Shown: positions 54,100 through 61,857 of the stretch, one piece after another | How the letters are laid out: every line of letters starts with the position of its first letter | Numbering within the stretch: the stretch's first letter is position 1 | Origin: an uncultured Methanosarcinales archaeon | Lineage (GTDB): Archaea > Nanobdellota > Nanobdellia > Woesearchaeales > UBA12501 | Length of the DNA stretch: 64,000 bases | Assembly: GCA_964397315.1 (NCBI GenBank) | Contig: CAYNHV010000004.1 | Span: forward strand, 1,081-65,080 | Reading direction: 5' to 3' | Translations under genes and position numbers: made by a program | The notes under the pieces: model-generated | What the model was told of the DNA's origin: nothing | Seen by the model: the letters and a program-made list of their open reading frames with translations, nothing else | Database searches by the model: none

Positions 54100-54205
54100 T
54101 AACTAACCCCCAGTAGCTTCAATTCCACACCATTTTATATATTTTTGTAACGATTCCTGAATGAGAACAAAAAGATTTATAAAGGGGTATAAAACCCTCT
54201 GTCAC

Positions 54206-54379
54206 ATGGCAAAGCAAATCAAATGCAGTTCCTGCAACAAGAGGGTTGCAAACATGAAAGGGGTTGCGAGGTTCATGTGCCCCAAGTGCGGAAAGCAGGA
54301 GATAGTAAGATGCCCCCAGTGCAGGAAGATAGTGGCAAAATACTCATGCCCTGAGTGCGGATTCACAGGTCCGAATTAG
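54206..54379 (+). CDS. Zn-ribbon protein (COG2888-type) that precedes aEF-1beta in archaea
   Basis: MAKQIKCSSCNK..FMCPKCG..VRCPQCR..YSCPECG gives four CxxC pairs, with conserved synteny to EF-1beta. Confidence 0.7.
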   Translation: MAKQIKCSSCNKRVANMKGVARFMCPKCGKQEIVRCPQCRKIVAKYSCPECGFTGPN

Positions 54380-54396
54380 GTTATTCAGGTGATCCC

Positions 54397-54672
54397 ATGG
54401 CTACAGTTGTTGTGACATTGAAGATAATGCCTGAAGGTGTTGAAACAGACTTGGACAGGATAGAGGAGGAAGCCACCAGAATGATCTCTGAATTCGGCGG
54501 AGAGACAGGCAAGGCAGAGAAGAAGCCGATTGCATTCGGGCTAAAGGCTCTGGAAATATTCTTTACAATGCCTGAGGAGAAGGGCTCCACAGAGGAGCTT
54601 GAGAAAAAGATTGCAGGGATTGATGGCGTGCAGTCTGCAGAGGCGGTTGATGTGAGACGGGCTGTTGGATAA
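54397..54672 (+). CDS. ef1b: Elongation factor 1-beta (aEF-1beta)
   Basis: MATVVVTLKIMPEGVETDLDRIEEE...PIAFGLKALEIFF...VDVRR. ~91 aa. Confidence 0.85.
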   Translation: MATVVVTLKIMPEGVETDLDRIEEEATRMISEFGGETGKAEKKPIAFGLKALEIFFTMPEEKGSTEELEKKIAGIDGVQSAEAVDVRRAVG

Positions 54673-54845
54673 GGCCCGCAATACCCCAAACACTGTCCTG
54701 CGTTTTTTCTGGAGATGATGCTCACTTGAAGAGCGTAAAAACATAGATCTTATGATAAAGCTCATTCTTCTTAACTTCTTGTAATTATAAGCTATCCTGA
54801 GACGCGCCACATAATCGCCATAGAGATGCGCGGGCCTCACTTTAG

Positions 54846-55301
54846 TTATATAAGGAAAGCTCCAATCCCTATCACAAAGATCAGGAAGAACACAAGGATA
54901 AAGACAATGAAGCCTAGAGCCAGCGTAATCAGGTAATTGAACACTATCCACAGCAGGCCCGCAAGCAGCCCCTCCTTCCACTCAAGATTGAAGAAGAACT
55001 TGGGAAGTATTAGCGAAATCCCTGCAGTCACAACAAATCCAATGGTGAATAATGAGAACTTAAAAAGCATGCTGTCCATGAAAATTGAAGGGCCTGTTAT
55101 GAGACCCCCTGCAAGCCACACAATAAGCGCGGGAATCAGGGATTTAAGGAATGTTATCCTCAGCTTGAGCACCCTGCCTGCAAGCCACAAGGCAAACGCG
55201 CTCAGGGGCAGGGAAACAAACAGGCTTAGAATGGATACAATGACAATCACTGCAGCAGGAATTCCAAGATTCATCATGCTCATGACATCTGCCATTTTCA
55301 A
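54846..55301 (-). CDS. Membrane protein, unknown function
   Basis: 151 aa, 4 TM helices. Lies 6 nt downstream of the wHTH gene. Confidence 0.5.
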   Translation of the reverse strand: MKMADVMSMMNLGIPAAVIVIVSILSLFVSLPLSAFALWLAGRVLKLRITFLKSLIPALIVWLAGGLITGPSIFMDSMLFKFSLFTIGFVVTAGISLILPKFFFNLEWKEGLLAGLLWIVFNYLITLALGFIVFILVFFLIFVIGIGAFLI

Positions 55302-55307
55302 AGCGGG

Positions 55308-55577
55308 CTAAAGCAGATTCTTCACTCTGTCTATGCTGTCAGCAACCTCAACACCTTTCTTTGTGAGGGAAAGCAGCTTCAGCCTGCCCTGCTTGTTGAA
55401 GTTTATCAGGCCTGCCTTCTCCATCTGCTGCAGGATCTTCACGACATGAGAATAAGTGCAGTCAATCTGCTTGGCAAGGTTAGAGGCGTAAACTTCGCTT
55501 TTGGCATTCCTGAGATTCACCAGCATCATGGCTGGCTTTTCCCTGAAAAAAACGCCAAATATAGCTCTATTCTTCAT
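55308..55577 (-). CDS. Winged-helix transcriptional regulator (ArsR/MarR-like)
   Basis: YASNLAKQIDCTYSHVVKILQQMEKAGLI. Confidence 0.65.
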   Translation of the reverse strand: MKNRAIFGVFFREKPAMMLVNLRNAKSEVYASNLAKQIDCTYSHVVKILQQMEKAGLINFNKQGRLKLLSLTKKGVEVADSIDRVKNLL

Positions 55578-55738
55578 CTATAATCCCCCACATAACAAAT
55601 GCAAACTTTATAATATATTTTCTTAAATAAATGTTAAAAGCGCTTGTTTATAAAGTTTTCTGATTTTTCCGGAACAAATGCTTCCGGCTGGAGGGCAAAA
55701 CAGAAAAATTTTAAAGCCAGGCCAAAAAATCAAGGAGC

Positions 55739-57625
55739 ATGAACCCTGAATTTCTTTTTCCCTACGAAAAAATAAGAAGGATCCAGGAGGACATGATAAA
55801 AGAAGTGGCAGATGTCGTAAAAAAAGGGGGCAGCATGATAGCTCACGCCCCCACGGGCCTGGGCAAGACAATCGCTGCTCTGGGGCCGTCACTTAAGCAT
55901 GCTTCAGAGAACGGCACGACAGTGTTCTTCCTCACCTCAAGGCATACCCAGCACCTTATTGCCCTGGAAACCCTGGGAGAGATAAAGAAAAAGTATAACC
56001 TGAGCTTCAATGCGGCAGACATAATAGGCAAGAGATGGATGTGCGCAATGGAGGGGATAGGGCTGATGTCCTCAAGGGACTTCTCTGAATACTGCAAGAC
56101 AATGAGGGATGACGGAAAGTGCGAGTTCTACTCAAGGACCAGAAAGGGAGGGAAGATAACTCCGGAGGCAAAGAAGGCGCTCTCAGAGATAAAAGCAATG
56201 AACAGCTGCAGCACAGAGAAGCTGGTTGAGGTGTGCGCAAGCAGCAGGCTCTGCCCTTATGAGATGGCAATGATACTGGCGGGGATGTCTGAGGTGATAG
56301 TGGCGGACTATTATTATATGTTCAACCCGAGCATAAGGGACAACTTCCTCACAAAAACAGGCAAGGAAATAGAGAAATCAATAGTCATAATAGACGAGGG
56401 CCACAACCTTCCCTCAAGGCTGAGGGAGCTGGCCACGGAAAAGCTGTCCAGCTTTGTGCTTAAGAGGGCGGTCAAGGAGGCCAAGAAACACAACTATAAT
56501 GAGGTTGTTGAGGAGCTCTCCCTCATACAGGATGTCCTGAACAGCCATGCAAGAGACCTCAAGACAGGGTCAGAGAAGCTGGTTGACAGGAACAGCTTTA
56601 TTGAGAGCATCAACAGGATAAGGGATTATGGGGAGATTGTGTCTGACCTCTCCTGCGCAGGGGATGACATAAGGGAGAAGCAGAAGCAGAGCTATGTGGG
56701 GTCTGTTGCATCCTTCCTGGAGTCCTGGAAGGGATCTGACAAGGGGTTTGCAAGGATACTCTCTGCATCAAAGTTCAAGGACCAGCCGTTTGTCACCCTG
56801 ACATACAGGTGCCTTGACCCTTCTGTGCTCACAGAGGAAATAATGAACAATTCCCATTCCACAATAATAATGAGCGGCACCCTGACCCCCACAAGCATGT
56901 ACAGGGACCTGCTTGGCTTTCCAGAGAATACTGTTGAGAAGACTTATGAGAGCCCTTTTCTTGAGGACAACAGGCTGACGCTGGTGGTGCCTGAGACAAC
57001 AACAAAATACTCAATGAGGCATGACGCCCAGTTCAGGAGGATTGCAGAGATAGTTTCTGACATAGTGAATCTGGTGCCGGGAAATTCAGCAGTTTTCTTT
57101 CCCAGCTACAGCCTGAGGGACCAGGTCTACAGGCATCTTTACGGGCTGTGCAGCAAGACCTCCTTCAGGGAGCAGCCGGGGATGACAAAGGAGGAGAAAA
57201 CAGAATTCATTGAAAACTTCAAGGGATATGAAAAGACAGGGGCTGTTCTTCTGGGAGCGTCAACAGGCTCATTCGGCGAGGGCATAGACCTGCCAGGGGA
57301 CTTCCTCAAGGCAGTGATAATAGTGGGGCTGCCGCTGGAGCACCCTGACCTTGAGACAAAAGAGCTGATAAAATACTTTGACAGGAAATTCAACAAGGGG
57401 TGGGACTACGGCTACATATTCCCAGCGTTCAACAGGACACTGCAGAATGCCGGCAGGTGCATAAGGTCAGAGGATGACCGCGGAGTCATAGTGTTCCTTG
57501 ACGAGAGATACCTCTGGCCCATGTACAAGAGGTGCTTCCCCCAGGATGAGGACATCAAGGTGAGCAGGCATTACAAGGAGATGATAGAAGAGTTCTTTGA
57601 GCCAAAGCAGAGAAGGCTGGTTTAG
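55739..57625 (+). CDS. xpd: XPD/Rad3-type 5'-3' DNA helicase with FeS domain
   Basis: AHAPTGLGKT, four Cys between motifs I and II (WMC..YC..KC..LC), DEGHNL, and the C-terminal GRCIRSEDD. Confidence 0.9.
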   Translation: MNPEFLFPYEKIRRIQEDMIKEVADVVKKGGSMIAHAPTGLGKTIAALGPSLKHASENGTTVFFLTSRHTQHLIALETLGEIKKKYNLSFNAADIIGKRWMCAMEGIGLMSSRDFSEYCKTMRDDGKCEFYSRTRKGGKITPEAKKALSEIKAMNSCSTEKLVEVCASSRLCPYEMAMILAGMSEVIVADYYYMFNPSIRDNFLTKTGKEIEKSIVIIDEGHNLPSRLRELATEKLSSFVLKRAVKEAKKHNYNEVVEELSLIQDVLNSHARDLKTGSEKLVDRNSFIESINRIRDYGEIVSDLSCAGDDIREKQKQSYVGSVASFLESWKGSDKGFARILSASKFKDQPFVTLTYRCLDPSVLTEEIMNNSHSTIIMSGTLTPTSMYRDLLGFPENTVEKTYESPFLEDNRLTLVVPETTTKYSMRHDAQFRRIAEIVSDIVNLVPGNSAVFFPSYSLRDQVYRHLYGLCSKTSFREQPGMTKEEKTEFIENFKGYEKTGAVLLGASTGSFGEGIDLPGDFLKAVIIVGLPLEHPDLETKELIKYFDRKFNKGWDYGYIFPAFNRTLQNAGRCIRSEDDRGVIVFLDERYLWPMYKRCFPQDEDIKVSRHYKEMIEEFFEPKQRRLV

Positions 57626-57722
57626 GAGCTATGCTGTTTTGGCCTTTTAAAAGTGATTTGATGCCAGTATATTTGTGCCAGTATGATAATATCAAACACA
57701 TTAAAAGATTAAACAATATATC

Positions 57723-57742
57723 AGTATACCTAATTGTATACT
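57723..57742. promoter_or_regulatory. Inverted repeat AGTATAC-N6-GTATACT upstream of the 57798 gene
   Basis: Additional GCCAGTAT direct repeats at 57663 and 57677. TATACT occurs again inside the TATA-like CATTTATATACTAG at 57760-57773. Confidence 0.3.
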
Positions 57743-57797
57743 AATTCTCAAAAGCGTAACATTTATATACTAGTTTACCATACCCTGCGTGAGAACC

Positions 57798-58202
57798 ATG
57801 GTGATATTGTTTGACAGGTATAACCTGCCTGACAACATATATGAGGTTGTTTTTGCCACAGAACAACAGGCAGTGGTCGCAAAGCTGCTCATAAAGAAGA
57901 TGAAAGAGAATGGTGGCGAAATGGGGAAGACTGAAATGTCATTATTCGCAAACAAGCTGCATGAGGGAACTCTGATAGATGAGCCAGAAGGCAGGGGACA
58001 CCCTGCCCTAAGGCAGAAGCCCATGAGGTTCTCCTACAACAAGAGGCAGTTTTATGACCGCATCCTAACCCCAATGAAAGGCATGGGAATGATAGATTAT
58101 GACCTTTACAAGAAGAAATACAGGATTTCAGACGCTTTCAACAAGGCTCTCACAAAGATAGGCATAATGTGGAGCCAGGAGGTTCACAAGAGCCAATCAT
58201 GA
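57798..58202 (+). CDS. Hypothetical protein
   Basis: 134-aa ORF (the ORF track starts at GTG 57789). No recognised family. Confidence 0.45.
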   Translation: MVILFDRYNLPDNIYEVVFATEQQAVVAKLLIKKMKENGGEMGKTEMSLFANKLHEGTLIDEPEGRGHPALRQKPMRFSYNKRQFYDRILTPMKGMGMIDYDLYKKKYRISDAFNKALTKIGIMWSQEVHKSQS

Positions 58203-58442
58203 TTTCATAGGCCCCCTGAACTGGTTCTGTTTTCTCAACCACCCCCCAACAAACCCTTTTCAAGGGGGCCTACTCATTCTCACTCTGTTAAGGGCCTGAA
58301 ACAGTGCAGTTATATCCCGCATTCTTCTTCCCACCCAGACATATATCACCAGACAGTAGTTAAATATAGAAAAATTTAAATAATAGCTCTCAGTATCAGA
58401 GGATATTTTGCTATCATAAAGGGGTGAAAGGCAAAAGAGGGT

Positions 58443-58646
58443 ATGAGAATGCCATGTGAAAATCCGGAAAGAGCCACAGAGATACTAAAAAGGGATGTAA
58501 GGCGCGCTTTTGAGGAGCCATATGAATTAATGAGCAATCCAATATTTCTAATGTTCAAGGGGTTCTGTGCTGAGCCCACTGTTGCTTACTCTGTAGATCA
58601 TTCTTTCAACTCCTGTGCTGAAGATGTTGCGGGGGAGATAATATGA
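58443..58646 (+). CDS. Possible 67-aa protein translationally coupled to nfi
   Basis: ATG after AGAGGGT. The stop overlaps the nfi start (ATGA). No family. Confidence 0.35.
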   Translation: MRMPCENPERATEILKRDVRRAFEEPYELMSNPIFLMFKGFCAEPTVAYSVDHSFNSCAEDVAGEII

Positions 58647-59311
58647 ACATGACACAGCTTAAACAGGAGCAGCTGAAGATGGCTGAGAAGGTGCTCACTA
58701 CTGATGGCTTTGAAAGGGTGAAATATGTTGCAGGCTGCGACCAGTCATACCCTGACAAGAACAAGGTGCTCTCTGTCATGGTTGTCATGGATGCAGAGAC
58801 AATGGAGATAGTGGACAAGGCAGAAGTAATGAAGGAATGCAGCATGCCTTACATTCCCGGATTCCTCTTCTACAGGGAAGGCCCTGCAATCATAGAAGCC
58901 TTCACCAGCCTGAACGTGAAGCCTGACATAATCATGGTGGACGGCAACGGAGTCCTGCACCCAAGAAGAATAGGGATGGCATCCCACCTCGGAATTTCAA
59001 TTGACACCCCCACAATAGGCATTGCAAAGAACCTCATGACAGGAAAGGCCTTTGACGGCAAGATAGAGATTGACAAGGAGATAAGAGGGGAAGAGGTTAA
59101 GACAAGGGATTTCGCAAAGCCGGTATACGTCTCTCCGGGCCACAGGATAAGCCTGAGAACAGCAGCTGACATTGTGAGAAGGATGATAATATATCCCCAC
59201 AAGCTTCCGGAGCCCCTGCACCTGGCCCACAGGTTTGCCAGAAAGGCTGTGAAGAAAGAGGATGAAATCAGTGAAGGATTTACCGCACAGGCCACTGGAC
59301 ACGCGTCCTGA
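58643..59311 (+). CDS. nfi: Endonuclease V
   Basis: VAGCDQSY, YIPGFLFYREGP, VDGNGVLHPRRIGMASHLG, and VSPGH. Confidence 0.9.
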   Translation: MNMTQLKQEQLKMAEKVLTTDGFERVKYVAGCDQSYPDKNKVLSVMVVMDAETMEIVDKAEVMKECSMPYIPGFLFYREGPAIIEAFTSLNVKPDIIMVDGNGVLHPRRIGMASHLGISIDTPTIGIAKNLMTGKAFDGKIEIDKEIRGEEVKTRDFAKPVYVSPGHRISLRTAADIVRRMIIYPHKLPEPLHLAHRFARKAVKKEDEISEGFTAQATGHAS

Positions 59312-59314
59312 AAA

Positions 59315-59325
59315 CATATTTAAAC
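59315..59325 (+). promoter_or_regulatory. TATA-like box for the DUF763 gene
   Basis: CATATTTAAAC is centred about 28 nt upstream of ATG 59348. Confidence 0.45.
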
Positions 59326-59347
59326 ATTGAATTCTCTTTGTGATTCC

Positions 59348-60445
59348 ATGCAAAAGACAGGCACAGCCAGCCTTCCCCTGCACACAGGGAATGCCCCTCC
59401 ATGGCTTTTCAAGAGAATGGTGAGGCTGGGCAGGGCTGTTACAGGGGCCATAATAGAGGAGCACGGCCAGAATGAATTTATAAGCAGGATCTCCAACCCT
59501 TACTTCTTCCAGAGCCTGGGGTGTGTGCTGGGATTTGACTGGCACTCATCAGGAGTCACCACAACAGTCTGCGGAGCCCTGAAAGAGGCCTTAAACAATG
59601 AGAACATGGGAGTTTTCATTGCAGGAGGAAAGGGAGGGGCATCAAGAAAAGCTCCGGACGAGATATGCAGGGCAGGGGAAATGTTCAATATCTCAACGCA
59701 GAAAACAGAAAGGCTTGTTTACTCATCAAGGATGTCCGCAAAAGTGGATAACTCCCTCCTCCAGGACAGCTACCAGCTTTACCACCACTGCTTCTTTTTA
59801 GGAGAAAATGGGGAGTGGAGCGTGGTGCAGCAGGGCATGAGCCATTCTGACTCTTACGCAAGAAGATACCACTGGCTCTCTGAAAGAGTGAAGGATTTTA
59901 TTGAGGAGCCCCACTCAGCAATATGCTCAGGCCGCAAGGAGGGGGATGTTCTGGACATGACATCAAGGGACAGCAGGGAGGCAAGAAAAGCGTCTGTTGA
60001 CATTGTAAATGAGGGCAGTTTCAGGAGGCATTTCTCTGGCATCAGGCAGAAGACGCTCCGTGATTTTGAAGGCGGTGTTGAGACGCTCAGCATGGGAAGG
60101 AATCATTACATAAAAGGAATGAGAGAGACTGACATAAGAACGCTGGAGAAAGCGCGGGACATGAGCCCAAAGAGTTATGAGGAGCTTGCCTCAATAAAGG
60201 GCGTGGGACCAAAGACAATACGGTCCCTGGCCCTGATATCAGACATAATCTACGGCAGCAGGGCAAGCTGGAGCGACCCTTCAAAATTCAGCTTTGCTCA
60301 CGGAGGAAAAGATGGTATACCCTACCCTGTCAACAGGAAGCTGATGGATTATGCTGCAGAGACAATAAGCAATGCAGTGAGGCAGGCCAGGATGGGGGAA
60401 AGAGAGAGGATGAAAGCAGTAAGAAGACTGGCAAATATCATATGA
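59348..60445 (+). CDS. DUF763 family protein
   Basis: LPLHTGNAPPWLFKRMVRLGRAV, FDWHSSGVTT, and a C-terminal HhH-like IKGVGPKTIRSLA. Confidence 0.8.
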   Translation: MQKTGTASLPLHTGNAPPWLFKRMVRLGRAVTGAIIEEHGQNEFISRISNPYFFQSLGCVLGFDWHSSGVTTTVCGALKEALNNENMGVFIAGGKGGASRKAPDEICRAGEMFNISTQKTERLVYSSRMSAKVDNSLLQDSYQLYHHCFFLGENGEWSVVQQGMSHSDSYARRYHWLSERVKDFIEEPHSAICSGRKEGDVLDMTSRDSREARKASVDIVNEGSFRRHFSGIRQKTLRDFEGGVETLSMGRNHYIKGMRETDIRTLEKARDMSPKSYEELASIKGVGPKTIRSLALISDIIYGSRASWSDPSKFSFAHGGKDGIPYPVNRKLMDYAAETISNAVRQARMGERERMKAVRRLANII

Positions 60446-60523
60446 TCTGAGTGTTGTTTCCTTAAAAGGATAATGCCTGTGTATTGAGGAGAGGATTTCC
60501 CAGGTGAAGCCAGCCAGATGATG

Positions 60524-61030
60524 TCATGGTTTTCCTGCTGCGCTGATCTTTCCCCTGCATTTACTGCAGGGCTCCCTGCCCTTGCTGTCAAGCTCTTCCA
60601 CAGAGTTAGGGGGGTACATTACGCATTTCGGATTGCCGCAATGAGGGATTCCAAGGCATCTTCCAAGCTCATGAGCTGCCTCCTTGGCTATCCTGTTTTT
60701 CAGGAATTCTCCTCCAATCCTTGCTGTTGAGACAATGCAGCTGTTGCCTGATGCAAATCCGAACAGGTACCTGAGCTCAGGCTCGTAGAAATAGTAGATG
60801 TCTCTCTTTGTCACGCCAATGCCGTAATGGGCGCTCTTTAATACTGCAGCCTTATGGATCACTGGAATGAACCCAGTGGCATCAGCCTGCTCACCCCTCC
60901 ACTCGCAGTTTGGAATTTCCATTCTCCCATGTATCTCTGTTTCTGCGTCAAAAAGAAGGGCAATCTCCCTGCCTATCCTTTCAAGCACCTCCTTTTCTAT
61001 GTCCTCAAAAGGTATTATGAGCGTTTTCAT
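60524..61030 (-). CDS. amzA: Archaemetzincin-family protein with HELGR in place of HExxH
   Basis: AAHELGRCLGIPHCGNPKCVMY...CSKC fits HExxHxxGx3Cx4CxM...CxxC, except that the second His is Arg (AGA codon at 60659-60661). Confidence 0.8.
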   Translation of the reverse strand: MKTLIIPFEDIEKEVLERIGREIALLFDAETEIHGRMEIPNCEWRGEQADATGFIPVIHKAAVLKSAHYGIGVTKRDIYYFYEPELRYLFGFASGNSCIVSTARIGGEFLKNRIAKEAAHELGRCLGIPHCGNPKCVMYPPNSVEELDSKGREPCSKCRGKISAAGKP

Positions 61031-61040
61031 TATTCAGACC

Positions 61041-61475
61041 TTAAGGTATTCCCTGTTTTTCTCTTGTTTTTAAAAATTTATCTGCCTTCTCAAGCACTTT
61101 TTTTGAGTTACTGTAAGTGACCTGCTCAAGCGCTTCAGCGTATTCAAGCCACCTGAAGCCCTGATGCTCGTGCGAGAGCGAGACTTCCCTTGCGTGAGTG
61201 AGGGCAGGATAGAACACAACCTCCTTGAATATTGTCCTTCCATCTCTCCTGTAGTAGTAGGTTATCCTTTCCCTGAATCCAGGGAGAATTTTAAGGTCTT
61301 TTATTCCTGTCTCCTCTTCACACTCCCTCTTCACAGTCTCCTTCTCTTCCTCCCCCTCCTCAATATTGCCTTTCACAAAATCCCAGTGGCCTGAGGCATA
61401 GTGCAGAACAAGATAGAGGAGCTTACCCCTCTCCTTCCTGCACACTACTGCCCCTGCTGATCTTTCCTGAACCAA
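61041..61475 (-). CDS. NUDIX hydrolase
   Basis: Nudix box GNIEEGEEEKETVKRECEEETGI. Confidence 0.85.
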   Translation of the reverse strand: MVQERSAGAVVCRKERGKLLYLVLHYASGHWDFVKGNIEEGEEEKETVKRECEEETGIKDLKILPGFRERITYYYRRDGRTIFKEVVFYPALTHAREVSLSHEHQGFRWLEYAEALEQVTYSNSKKVLEKADKFLKTREKQGIP

Positions 61476-61494
61476 GATAACATCACCTTCCTGC

Positions 61495-61665
61495 TTACTT
61501 TAGAAGTTCAGGCCCGTCCTGCCCCGCCTTCCTGCCCCTGCTGCAGGCAGTGCACAGGCCTGTCTTATGGTCAAAATGCTCCTCGCAAACAACCCTTCCG
61601 CAGCCTGAGCACGTGTTTTGGGCGGGCCTGCTCCCGCATACCATGCAGATTACCTGTTTTTTCAT
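61495..61665 (-). CDS. Small Zn-ribbon protein
   Basis: ICMVCGSRPAQNTCSGCGRVVCEEHF..LCTACS. Start taken at the internal Met. Confidence 0.45.
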   Translation of the reverse strand: MKKQVICMVCGSRPAQNTCSGCGRVVCEEHFDHKTGLCTACSRGRKAGQDGPELLK

Positions 61666-61857
61666 TGAGCAACCTTGGCCCCACTCCATTAAAAATGTTG
61701 CGGTGGCGCGCTGCGAAATTCAGGAGAAGTTAGAAATCCGGAAGAGTGGGGGGTTCACATCAGACAACTCCTGCCCGCAAGGATTTAAAGGATATGGCCT
61801 GTTGGAGGGGGGCGCACAAGCATAAATTATATAAAAGCCTGCTGAAAAAGGAATTTC

